A DNA stretch of 63,723 nt, counting the filler, from Octopus bimaculoides (Eukaryota), in the NCBI RefSeq assembly GCF_001194135.2. It is 5 parts of 4 records of this genome, joined end to end, with 100 filler letters (N's around TTAATTAATTAA, not from the genome) between each part and the next. Parts side by side here need not be neighbours in the genome. Positions count along the whole stretch, not along the records: positions 17,324 to 43,847 come from NC_068985.1; 4 more parts are not named here. One strand, written 5' to 3'. The notes beneath the pieces are model-generated. The model had not been told where the DNA came from. It did no database searches and was given only the letters and a program-made list of their open reading frames with translations. Of this stretch, positions 25,899 to 38,272 are shown piece by piece. A program made the translations under genes and the position numbers. Position 1 is the stretch's first letter, and every line of letters begins with the position of its first letter.

Positions 25899-26550
25899 AT
25901 ATGTGTGTGTGCGTGTATATATATATATGTAGGTATGTATGTTTGTATGTATATATATGTGTGTGTCTTTGTGTCTGTGTTTGTCCCCCCGTCACTGCCT
26001 AACAACTGGTGTTGGTGTGTTTACGTCCCGGTAACTTAATCGTTCGGGAAAAGAGAACGATAGAATAATTACTAGGCTTTAAAAAAATATATATATTCCT
26101 GGGTCGATTCTTTTGACTAAAACCCTTCAAGGTGGTCAACTGACTGAAACATACAAAAGAATTTTGATTATTCTACAAGTAAAAGCTAATCTTATGTGGA
26201 CCCCTAAAGGTCACTTGGACCCCGGTTGAGAACCACTGGACTAGATGCAATGATCCACTATGAAAGGGCTCATTTTCTAATGAGCCCTTTCATTAAGACG
26301 GTGTATTGTAATTCAAGGATATTTGTTGGCTATTTCTAGCATATGGCAATTTTACTCTTGGAGTAAAAATTGTTTAACAACACACAAATGTATATACTCA
26401 TACACATAACATGGCAGTCCTGGTTTAGGACGAATGTTGCTATAATTTAGCCCCAGGAGATATCGTCTCCAGCTGGTTATACGACACGATCTGTGACCTT
26501 ATATTTTCGAACAAGGGAATGTAGCACTTCCACTCAGCTCAAAACAATAT

Positions 26551-26590
26551 CTGTGTATACGATTTCCGGGTTATTTCCCTTCTTCAGCAC
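26551..26590 (-). ncRNA. hammerhead motif in the left arm
   Basis: GUG-CUGAAGA-A-GGG aaauaa CCC-G-GAA-AUCGUAU-A^-CAC. Stem I is only 3 bp. Confidence 0.45.
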
Positions 26591-26608
26591 CTTTAGCCGA
26601 ACAATTAT

Positions 26609-26653
26609 TCTGTGCTGATGAAAGGAAATAACCCGGAAATCGTGATACACAGA
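26609..26653 (+). ncRNA. type I hammerhead motif in the right arm
   Basis: UCUGUG-CUGAUGA-A-AGG aaauaa CCC-G-GAA-AUCGUGAU-A^-CACAGA. Stem I is 6 bp, stem III is self-complementary with G-U pairs, and the predicted cut is after 26647. Stem II is imperfect. Confidence 0.55.
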
Positions 26654-27904
26654 TATTGCTTTGAGCTGAGTGGGGGTGCTAGATTCCCTTGTTCAAAAAT
26701 ATAAGGACACAGATCGTGTCGTATAGCCAGCTGGAGACGATATCTCCTGGGGCTAAATTACAGCAACATTCGTCCTAAACCAGGACTGCCATGTTATGTT
26801 GGCAAACAATATTTACTCCAAAGTACTGGTGCTGAATATCTCTTGTTGTGAGATTTAAAAATAGTAATTTTCTAATTTTACTCTTGTTTGTCTTTAGACA
26901 CCTCTTTGCTTTCAGTTAATGAATTTTACTATAACACCATAAATAGATATATAATATTTTAAATGGCACATCATTATATCGGAGAAGTGCGTATTATTTC
27001 TCTTTTTAAATTTGGTTTTATTTTATATAATCCAGCTTGTTACTAGAGAATCAGATTGCGCTAGGTTAATGGCTGTGCAGTCAGTGATTTGCATCCTGAA
27101 AATACACACATACACACGAATGTATATACACATACACATATACACGCATCGCATTGTAAGTAGCAGCCAAGGAATTTAATATAAGTAAAATCATATAGTC
27201 GAATAATAAAGTAGAGTGAACAATGTAAAAGAGTTAAGACTGTATAAATAGTGAGCCAGACAGCAATGTTGTCGCTGCAATATAATGATTTAGCGCAGTA
27301 AACAATGTAATACAAGGAACAATGCTGAGAAAAATGAAATAATGTCAACAACACAATATAGAGAATGAATGATGGAATACAATTGACCAGCAGCTAGTTA
27401 ACTGGTAGAGTCGGTACAGGATTGGATAAAATACCTCGTGGTACTCGTTTCGATCCCTTCCGCTTTGAGTTCAAATCTCACTGTGAATAACTTTGCCTTT
27501 CATCCTTTCGGAATCAATGCAACGCTTTCCAATCCAGAATTATGGATTGGCGAAACTTTAAGAATGTCGAATCGATGTCTAACCGTATTTCTTCTGTGAT
27601 CTGGTGTTCTGAGATCAAACCTTGTCATGACCTACAAGAGTAGGCTTAATCCGGCACCCAGTTTAATATCACTAGGTAGTGCCTTGGTCACTGTTAGCGG
27701 AGTCTACTCTGTTGTGTTGCAAGTATTAGGGCCTAGAGTCTAGTTTGAGGGTACTTTCCAGTCCTTCGCTTCTTCCACTCATTCTCAGAGACCATGTAAA
27801 GGGTTGTGGGTGATGTCTTCCCACCTGACTAAAAGTTGAACCCCAAACAAATAAAAGATTTTTAAAAGTACAAATTTCAAAACGGCGAGACATTTTCTTA
27901 ACTC

Positions 27905-28215
27905 TCCATTGATTACGACAGCGAATGTTCCAGCTGATCCGACCAACGGAACAGCCTGCTCGAGAAATTAACGTGCAAGTGGCTGAGCACTTCATAGAGA
28001 GCGTACCCTTAATGTAGTTCTCTGGGAGATCTAGCTTGACATAGAATGTGACAAGGTTGACACTTTTGTGTTACAGGTACAACTTATTTTTGCAAGCTGA
28101 GTGGACCGGAGCAATATTAAATAAAGTGTCTTTCTCGAAGACACAACGTGCCACCGCTAATCGAACGCATGACTTTATGATGGTGAGCCGAACGGCCTAA
28201 CCACTAAGCTACACT
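27905..28215 (-). mobile_element. tRNA-derived SINE (family C)
   Basis: Reverse complement of the 45793 copy (ccaacggaacagcctgctcgagaaattaacgtgcaagtggctgagcac...ggcctaaccactaagctac). Confidence 0.7.
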
Positions 28216-29529
28216 AAACAATACTCCTAATAAAAGAACGAAATACAGTGAACAAGCAAAGGGACGCATCAGTCGTGTGACGATGCGAAACCTGGAGTTT
28301 TGCAAGCAACAGTTAAATGATAGTAAATGACAGGACGATTCATGTCATTTAATAACAGTGCATTGTTGCCTGCAGTTCTTTAGGTTCGTCACTCGATTTA
28401 TGGATTCCTATTAATATGAAAATTACGAAGAAGTGAAAAATACAAACTATATTATCTAGCGATGACCATCCTGTAGATTTTAGGTAAATATCCAGTGTGT
28501 CCTTCATCTTAAGAGCTGTACAATACAATTTGAAAAAAATGTTCACATTGTTTATGAGCCCTACGATTAATAAGTCTTGTTTCTCAGCTTTCATAAGTGA
28601 CCGAGATCACAACATCCACCCCTGAACGCAACACCAGTCCATTGCGGAGTCTGAAGCTAGCAATTTTGAGAGGAGGGTGACAAGTTGATTACATCGACCC
28701 CAGTACTTTGGTACTTTTTTTTATCGGTTCCAAAGGTTTCACAGGCAATGTTGATCTCGGATTGATTTGAACTCAGAACGCAAAGAATCGGAAGAACCGT
28801 TAACCATTTTGTCTGACGTGCCAGCGATTCTATCAGCTCACGCTCTTATTTGAAATATTCTTGGCTGGTATTTCTTGCACGTCGAGTGGTTGTGTCGAGA
28901 CCCTCCAGTCTTAATTTGAAATGCTATTTATCACTGTTTTATTTGAAATGCTATTTATCATTTTTAATATATGAGACCCCTATACCAGTCATAAGATGTT
29001 TAAACCTATGGTAATATACACACACACACACATATATACAAATGCATGTACACGCACACTAGTCAGTGACCCTTTTGTACGTGTCATAGATTTTTATTTA
29101 AGCAAAGTTCCTGACAACAACAACAAAACACTTTGCGGCAACAACGTCTTCGCTCGCGTTAACTAAATTGGAAAGATTTAATGTTATTTAACTGGTGCAC
29201 AGTAAACCTTTCTGGCAAAAGCACAACGAAACTGGTTTCCACGCCATTTTATTGATTAATTCAAAATACATCTCTGAGACGAACAAACGCTCTGATAATC
29301 TGAAATTCAACAAAGTTTAAAGTGTCAGTTAATTAATTCTTAAATTCCTCTGTGACACCCATTTATTTTGCTTCAATTTCTTAAAACCTTGTCTTCTTCC
29401 AAAAGAATTTGTAGTAGGGTGTCAACAAGAAAAAAAATTTAATCGGTTTTTCGCTTCTCCGCCCAGTTCTGTTGGTTTCCTGCTTTCTCAATAAATGTTC
29501 TCTTTAGTATAATTATTGGTAAAGGTGGA

Positions 29530-30428
29530 GCTGAGGGAGATGGACTGTAGAATCGGTTAAACGTTCAAGAGAGGAAAAGCAAAAGGATATGCCTTCCGGT
29601 AGTCAGTTGCGTCTTTTTTACGTTCAGTGTTCAAATCCCTCTGGGGTCAACATTACCTTTTATCCTTCCGGGATCGATAATATAAAATATCAGCCATGTT
29701 GTAGAATCGATTATACTCTCCCTTTCCAAAAGTGTTGCTTTGTGACTATGTTAACTATTCCTATCATCAAGGCGCTGAATCGGCTGAATATTTAGCGAGT
29801 CAAACTATTTAGCTGCGTTTCTTCCGGTTCTTTACGCTCTGAGTTCAAATTCCGCTGAGATCAACTTTACCTTTTTATTTTTTTATTTTCGGGTTGAATA
29901 AAATAATTACCGGTTGAACACCAAGATTGATGTAATAGACTAGCCCTACACCACATCATTTCAGAAGTTGTATCTTTTGTAGAAATAATTATCATAATCA
30001 TTTAGGCTGCGAGCTGGCAGAACCGTTAGCATGTCGAATAAAAAGCTAAGTAGCTTTGTCTGTCTTTACGTTCTGAGTTCAAATTCCGCCGAGTTCGACT
30101 TTGCCTTTCATCCTGTCGGAGGTCGGTAAATTAAGTACCATTTACATCCAGCGGTTGATCTAATCGACTGGCCCCATCCCCAAAATTTCGGGCCTTGTGC
30201 TTCGAGTAGAAAAGAATAAAATGCCTAGTAGTATTTCTTCTGGTTGTTTACATTCTACGGTCAAATCGTCCCGGGGCCAGCTTTGTTTTTCGTCCTTTTG
30301 TGGTCGATCAAAATAAGATTCCAGTCAAGTGCAACTTATGTCAAATTCAAAAACGATTACTTGAGGTTTATTCACTCCGGCCCTTTATGTTCTGAGTTCA
30401 AATCCTGACGAAGTCAAATTCGCTTTGC
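29530..30428 (+). mobile_element. head-to-tail cluster of about 5 family A SINE copies
   Basis: The block tttacgttctgagttcaaattccgc..ctttgcctttcatcc recurs near 29620, 29835, 30070, 30255 and 30390. Confidence 0.7.
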
Positions 30429-31731
30429 NNNNNNNNNNNNNNNNNNNNNNNNNNNNNNNNNNNNNNNNNNNNNNNNNNNNNNNNNNNNNNNNNNNNNNNN
30501 NNNNNNNNNNNNNNNNNNNNNNNNNNNNNNNNNNNNNNNNNNNNNNNNNNNNNNNNNNNNNNNNNNNNNNNNNNNNNNNNNNNNNNNNNNNNNNNNNNNN
30601 NNNNNNNNNNNNNNNNNNNNNNNNNNNNNNNNNNNNNNNNNNNNNNNNNNNNNNNNNNNNNNNNNNNNNNNNNNNNNNNNNNNNNNNNNNNNNNNNNNNN
30701 NNNNNNNNNNNNNNNNNNNNNNNNNNNNNNNNNNNNNNNNNNNNNNNNNNNNNNNNNNNNNNNNNNNNNNNNNNNNNNNNNNNNNNNNNNNNNNNNNNNN
30801 NNNNNNNNNNNNNNNNNNNNNNNNNNNNNNNNNNNNNNNNNNNNNNNNNNNNNNNNNNNNNNNNNNNNNNNNNNNNNNNNNNNNNNNNNNNNNNNNNNNN
30901 NNNNNNNNNNNNNNNNNNNNNNNNNNNNNNNNNNNNNNNNNNNNNNNNNNNNNNNNNNNNNNNNNNNNNNNNNNNNNNNNNNNNNNNNNNNNNNNNNNNN
31001 NNNNNNNNNNNNNNNNNNNNNNNNNNNNNNNNNNNNNNNNNNNNNNNNNNNNNNNNNNNNNNNNNNNNNNNNNNNNNNNNNNNNNNNNNNNNNNNNNNNN
31101 NNNNNNNNNNNNNNNNNNNNNNNNNNNNNNNNNNNNNNNNNNNNNNNNNNNNNNNNNNNNNNNNNNNNNNNNNNNNNNNNNNNNNNNNNNNNNNNNNNNN
31201 NNNNNNNNNNNNNNNNNNNNNNNNNNNNNNNNNTGCATCAAGATAATCAATTTTCAGATTTTTTTTTACTTCCTTTTAAAAAAGGCAAATTTTGTGAATG
31301 GAACAAACTAGATCCTGAATAAAATATGAATGTTTAATATGAGAAATTTTCAAATTTTTTTACGTTATTTTAAAAGGAGACTGATTTTATGATTCAAACT
31401 AACTACATCCAAATACAATGAATGCTATCCTCCACAATTTGCTACTCAGATAAAGTACATATATATTTCAACAATTTCTATCAAATACATTCTCTTTCTT
31501 GAGCATAAAAATCCTCTTCCCGGGCGACAATAACTTATACGTCAGATTGTTGTATAAGTTCTAGCTGTTTTAATAAGGGAAATCAGAACGGTTTGAAATG
31601 ATTTCATCAGCATTTACTTGTACCAAAGAACACTTTTTTCGATAAACAACACGTTGATCTCATGGAAATAAACGCAATTACCAAACTTTGAATTCACTAT
31701 TTCGTTATATATTTTTTTCGCGTTTCAATTT

Positions 31732-31802
31732 GTACATCTGTATTCCCGACTGCGTACATCTGCACTCCCAACTGCGTACATCTGTACTCCCGATTGCGTA
31801 CA
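31732..31802. repeat. 22-bp minisatellite, 3.2 copies
   Basis: gtacatctgtattcccgactgc / gtacatctgcactcccaactgc / gtacatctgtactcccgattgc / gtaca. Confidence 0.85.
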
Positions 31803-32636
31803 AGCGCGTATGTAAAACGACGTCCTTTATTTTTCAATCATTATCTGCTGATATCAAAATAAGTAGTATATTGCAAAAATAAAAATATTTTCTAAGAGGG
31901 GGGGGGAGCATTTGTGACTCCAAGGATCAAAAGGGGGCCTTTAGCCAAAATGGGTTGAGAATCTTTGCTTTAGTTCATGTAGTCGTGTGTCTCTGGTGCT
32001 TGTATCCGATACTATAGCACAGATTCTTTTGGCCAGGTTGAAAGAGATATTCATTCTAGCTAAATGCTTCCACCACAGATGACACCATTATAGGGATCTT
32101 AGAATTATACCCACGGAAATATTAAAAACGATAGTTATATTTAGAACAATCGACAGCCACTCATTTATTTAGAACAGACCCTGCTTCGACTGCTACTACA
32201 GGTTACCGTGAGGCCAGTTCACCGTTAAAGCAGATTCCACAAACAGCCTTTACAGCTTTACCTTCTTCTTCTTCTTCTTCTTCTTCTTCTTCTTTGCTTT
32301 CCCCCTCTTTCAGCTGCTGCTGCTTAAGCCATCAGACTTCAGAACTAAATATATCTTTTCACCCATAAACACAATTTTTCAGATCTGTTACTACCTACCT
32401 ACCTTACGAACCTTCACAAAAGAAAAAAGAGAGACACAGAAAGAATGAAAGTGAAGACTATGGAAATACTTACAAAACACTTCACTTAATTTTTTCTTCA
32501 ATGTAATTGTTTCTTCTTAATCAATATCTAGTTAATATATAGTGAGGATTTACGAAAAAAAAAAAAAAAGAACAAAAGACGGGTGTGTAAAACAACAAAC
32601 AGATGTATTAGTTTAACGCTCGGGTAGTGAGAAAGT

Positions 32637-32672
32637 CTTTTACGTTTCGATCCTACGCTCTTCGACAGAAAG
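32637..32672 (-). ncRNA. minimal hammerhead with A6U variant and one stem II mismatch
   Basis: CUUU-CUGUCGA-A-GAGC guag GAUC-GAA-ACGU-A^-AAAG. Confidence 0.5.
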
Positions 32673-33993
32673 GATCACAGAAATAAACAGGGAGAGAAAA
32701 TAGAAAGAGTTTTAGTGGCTAGCAATCTATCATGGTGGTGCTCCAGCATGGCCGCAGTCAAATGACTGAAACAAATAAAATCGAAAAGGCAAAAACCGGT
32801 ACTAACCATTACAAAATGTATTTCATGATAAATTTATTTTAGCATTTTCTACTTTGTGTTATTTTCCTTATACATATCAACTCGCGTGTCACTTTTCAAC
32901 ATTCTACACACACACAAGCACACACATTTAAATTACAATATAGGGATTCAAGTAACCCGTTGGTACTCATAAAAACCTCCTTAATGTATCATTCTACAAA
33001 ATATATAGAATAATATAATAATATACAAAAAATGTTAAGGAGCCACAAATGACTGAGAAATAGTTTGATGAGATTTTATTTGACAGTAAGAGAATTCTAA
33101 TTTCACGACAAATTGTTTCGTAACTTAAAAACATGTAATTAATTTATGTTGTTGAATCTAATAATAAATAAATTACTAGCATTCCAGGATTAAAGCAAAA
33201 TGCAAAAAAATCCTTCAAAATAATGCAGAATGTAAGCTACGTTCTCAAGTGAAAGAAAGTCTAACTGTTCCTATAGGAACGCAAAGTTAAAGTTTTAGAA
33301 TATTATGGAAGACAATAATAATAGAATTGATATAAATTAATGAGAAGATTTTTTGATGGAAGGGAATTTTAGTAATATAAAAAAAAAAGTAACTATTAGA
33401 TATTATTAGTACAATGAAAAAAGAAATATATTTATTATTAAAAAAAGAAAATAAAAANNNNNNNNNNNNNNNNNNNNNNNNNNNNNNNNNNNNNNNNNNN
33501 NNNNNNNNNNNNNNNNNNNNNNNNNNNNNNNNNNNNNNNNNNNNNNNNNNNNNNNNNNNNNNNNNNNNNNNNNNNNNNNNNNNNNNNNNNNNNNNNNNNN
33601 NNNNNNNNNNNNNNNNNNNNNNNNNNNNNNNNNNNNNNNNNNNNNNNNNNNNNNNNNNNNNNNNNNNNNNNNNNNNNNNNNNNNNNNNNNNNNNNNNNNN
33701 NNNNNNNNNNNNNNNNNNNNNNNAACATTGCTGTTAATCCAGCGGAGAATCCAGCTTCAGTTATTTAATCCAGCAACGATTTACGAATTGTATAATCAGT
33801 AGTACTTCTGATTATTTGGGATAAGTACTGCTTTCAATAAATTTAAATCAATTATCATTAATTATGTATCTTAATTATAAAATTAATTCTGCACTTTTCT
33901 ATTGAAACAGCTGTTGAAGGTAATTAAATTATCTTTAATATTTAAGCTTTTCAGCATTTTATTCTCGCTCTGTAGCTTTCTCTCTGTCTCACA

Positions 33994-34027
<34 letters not shown>

Positions 34028-35934
34028 CTTCCTCTCACTCATTCTCTCTTTCCATATGTGTATGTGTGTGTATTCAATAATATACAGAAAAGCATAAATT
34101 AGATCATAATTTAATTATTTTCAACTGCTGTTTCATTAGGAATAAGCATAGTAAATTTCATTATTAATGAAGTTATACATATGTGGGCGTACGTTTGTGG
34201 GGCTGCCAGTTATTTGATCAATTACACGATTTACTCATTGAATTAGCTTTAAATGGCTGAGTATCCTGCAGACACCAGAAACACGTGCACCCATGATGTG
34301 ATACATAGTGGGAAAGCTGGACATTCTAAATTAAAAGTTTTCTACGCAGGATCCATCTTCTTAAATTCATTTACAAACCTTGGCATTGAATAAGGAACTT
34401 GTTCAAAATGCCACGCATTAGGCTCGAACCCTGGATCTCATACTTACGAAGCAAATTTCTTAACGTTTCAGCTGTGGCTACATCGACAATACGTACGTGT
34501 GTGTACGCGCCCTTGTGCATATATGCACAAATACACATATATAAATANNNNNNNNNNNNNNNNNNNNNNNNNNNNNNNNNNNNNNNNNNNNNNNNNNNNN
34601 NNNNNNNNNNNNNNNNNNNNNNNNNNNNNNNNNNNNNNNNNNNNNNNNNNNNNNNNNNNNNNNNNNNNNNNNNNNNNNNNNNNNNNNNNNNNNNNNNNNN
34701 NNNNNNNNNNNNNNNNNNNNNNNNNNNNNNNNNNNNNNNNNNNNNNNNNNNNNNNNNNNNNNNNNNNNNNNNNNNNNNNNNNNNNNNNNNNNNNNNNNNN
34801 NNNNNNNNNNNNNNNNNNNNNNNNNNNNNNNNNNNNNNNNNNNNNNNNNNNNNNNNNNNNNNNNNNNNNNNNNNNNNNNNNNNNNNNNNNNNNNNNNNNN
34901 NNNNNNNNNNNNNNNNNNNNNNNNNNNNNNNNNNNNNNNNNNNNNNNNNNNNNNNNNNNNNNNNNNNNNNNNNNNNNNNNNNNNNNNNNNNNNNNNNNNN
35001 NNNNNNNNNNNNNNNNNNNNNNNNNNNNNNNNNNNNNNNNNNNNNNNNNNNNNNNNNNNNNNNNNNNNNNNNNNNNNNNNNNNNNNNNNNNNNNNNNNNN
35101 NNNNNNNNNNNNNNNNNNNNNNNNNNNNNNNNNNNNNNNNNNNNNNNNNNNNNNNNNNNNNNNNNNNNNNNNNNNNNNNNNNNNNNNNNNNNNNNNNNNN
35201 NNNNNNNNNNNNNNNNNNNNNNNNNNNNNNNNNNNNNNNNNNNNNNNNNNNNNNNNNNNNNNNNNNNNNNNNNNNNNNNNNNNNNNNNNNNNNNNNNNNN
35301 NNNNNNNNNAATGTTCTATTCATATCTCAATTCTCATATCAATAATTTAAATTTATCTGGGGAAGTGGATAGCAGCATCGCTCAGCCGCTGGATGAAAAG
35401 ACTTTGAAGTATATAGTTACTCTCCTATGCATTCAGAGTTCAAATCTAGTCCAGATCGATTTTACTTCTCCTTTGATGTCTCTAACATATGTTCTGTTCA
35501 ATTGTCTATACTTCGCAACAAAGCCAGCGAATTGGTAGCAATTTTGGAGGCTATAATTCTATAATTACATATGAATTGTATAATTTCTGTAGAAAATCTG
35601 TAGAGATACCATTAAGTGGTTTAATAGCACTGCTAACACGGTAGAACACAGTATTGGCTTATAAAGCGTTTAATATACGCTGTAGTATATGATGGTTGCA
35701 TAAAGAAACAGAGTGTCCCTACAAGTCATTCATATTTACATAGCAACTGCTAGGAATGTATTTATATGTAAAATTGGTACACTCAGTAATGTCAATCCGC
35801 TATATTTAGGGGTTATATAAGCAAAGAGTCCGTGGATGGTTAATGGGCTGGATGTGGCACTTATGAAGGAGCAAGAACTCTAGAAATATGGCACGTGCGC
35901 CCATTACCAATTTTTCATCTTCGATCTCCATGTC

Positions 35935-36312
35935 CTTTTATTTGTTTCAGTCATTTGACTGCGGCCATGCTGGAGCACCACCTTTAGTCGAAGAAATCGG
36001 CCCCAGGATTTATTCTTTGTAAGCCTAGTACTTATTCTATCTCTTTTACCGAATCGCTAATTGACGGGGACGTAAACACACCAGCATCGGGTGTCAAGCG
36101 ATGGTGGTGGGGAAAAACACAAACACACACATACACACATATATTCACGACGGGCTTCTTTCAGTTACCGTCTACCAAATCCACTCACAAAGCTTTGGAC
36201 GGTCTGAGGCTATAATAGAAGGCACTTGCCCAAGGTCCCACGCAGTGGGATTGAACTCGGAACCATGTGGTTGTGAAGCAAGCTGCTTACCACACAGCCG
36301 CTCCTGCGCCTA
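35935..36312 (-). mobile_element. tRNA-derived SINE (family B), near full length
   Basis: Same head, central block (ggtagacggtaactgaaagaagccc) and tail as 9831-10250. Confidence 0.8.
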
Positions 36313-36529
36313 TAAGTTGTTTACTTTAAGAGTATTGGGATACGAAATGATGCAACAAATCAGAGCTGGTTATAATCTCTATTCGAAATCTGTAGAGGTA
36401 GCCTTAACAAGTGAATGTATGTCCTTATTTACCCCGATTATCTGTGTTTTGAGTTCAAATTCTGCCCAGATCAGCTTTACGTTTTGTAATGTTTTGGCTG
36501 ATAAAATAAACGATCCAGTATTGAGATAG

Positions 36530-36602
<73 letters not shown>

Positions 36603-37954
36603 TTCTTTCTTTCTCTCTCTCACTCACTCTCTTCTCCGTGTAATAAATCGAATGAAGTCAGACCCAGAGAAGAATGGGTCCGTTATGTTTAGATAACCAA
36701 AGCATGCTGTAGAATACGACGGCGTCCTTACAATTCGATTCGGATTTGTGGAGCAAAAGCAAGCGATCTTCTCTCGTACAAACAAATGTTTCATAGAGAT
36801 AATGGATTTAGATTTTGGTACAAGGCCAGGAATTTCGAGGGCGGATGTTTAATTGATTCCATCAACCCCAGGGATCAACTGGCACATATTTTGTCGACCC
36901 CGAACCATATGTGAGTGTTTATATCAAAACTGTTCATCATATCGAAAAAAAAAAAAAAAAAGAATTTGAAATCGTCCACACAACAAATGGTGCAAGAATC
37001 TGTGATTCGTGTTTGTAAAACGATTGGGAAACATTTTGAAATGCTGACAATAAATCACAAGAATATTTTGAGAAAAGTGGCGACAGGAATATTTGCACTG
37101 ATATTCCTTACTGAATACTAAAATGACATCATTGATTGAATTGAAAATCTGATCCAGTTTCTTTCTTTTTCTTTGATTTTAAATGTTCTGGTTCTTATAT
37201 TGATCGTGCATGTGGCAAGAAAAGTGCATTTATATTTTCCTATTCCTTAAAATGCCCCGTATTAAAATATGTTGTGTTTCTGTATAATAGTAGTCGAGAT
37301 CAATTTTGGTTGGTTGTTTCATTTGTCCAGCACACTTTACATTATATATGGAGAGGAAGAAGGGGAAAGAGAGAGGGGGAGAGTAAAATAAAGATAGATA
37401 ATATAAAGGATGCAGGAGGAGTACTCATACTACGCTTGGTGGAAGGCAATGAGTAAATGAACGCTATGCACACAGGTACACACACACACACACAGTGAGA
37501 GGGAAAGAAACACAGTGACAGAGGTGGACGAAGAAAGGGTGTATGTGTACGTATATAAGTACGAATATTTTATATATATATATATACATATAAATATATA
37601 GAGAGAGAAAAAAAAGAGAGAAGAGGGAGAGAGATGAGATGGTGTGCCAGTGTGCGCGTGCGTGTGTGTGCGTGTGTGTGCGTGTGTGTGCGTGTGTACG
37701 TGCGTGTGCGTGCGTGTACGTGCGTGTGCGCGCGTGTGCACGTGGAGACTAATTTCTTTCATTCATTTTTTTTTAATTTTTACTCTTTGAATATTGTTTT
37801 ATTTAATTTTATTCTAAAGTAATAAATATCTTTCTTTGGAAAATTAGAATACATTTTATCATTCTGAAAAATTAGATAAAAATGAAATTATAATCATTGC
37901 ATGTACGCCATATTTACTGATGTTATGTTTACTGACAGAAGTATACGTCTAAAG

Positions 37955-38272
37955 TATCGATTCACAAAGTGGGCGCTACCGCCCCTTGGTGCCCATTGAG
38001 ATGCTCCAGGTGGGCGCTGGTGCCCTGGGAGTGAAGGCGGTAGAGAAAAAGGAGGCGTTGGGAGGGAGGCAGTGGATTGGGGGACGCTATGAATTTTTTA
38101 TAATATTATTATAGTATTGTATAAGAATTATATTAAATATCAAATGATTCATAGTATATATAAATTAGTAAAATATAAAATATTTATTTATACATAAAAG
38201 TAAGGGTGGGGGTGCTGAGGGTATTATGTGGCCATGTAGGTAGCAGTGGCCCAAAAAGTTTGAGAACCTCTG
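37955..38272. mobile_element. hAT-type MITE
   Basis: Degenerate TIRs (tatcgattcacaaa / tttgagaacctctg) flanked by an 8-bp near-duplication gtctaaag / atctaaag. Confidence 0.6.

Larger units (their letters stand above)
26404..26799. mobile_element. 396-bp palindromic foldback element (187-bp arms, 21-nt spacer)
   Basis: 26404-26590 versus the reverse complement of 26612-26799 shows about 11 differences counted by eye (about 94% identity). Confidence 0.9.

Noticed and set aside
31732-31802. CRISPR-like regular repeat
   Set aside because: The units are contiguous with no spacers, in a eukaryotic context with no cas genes.
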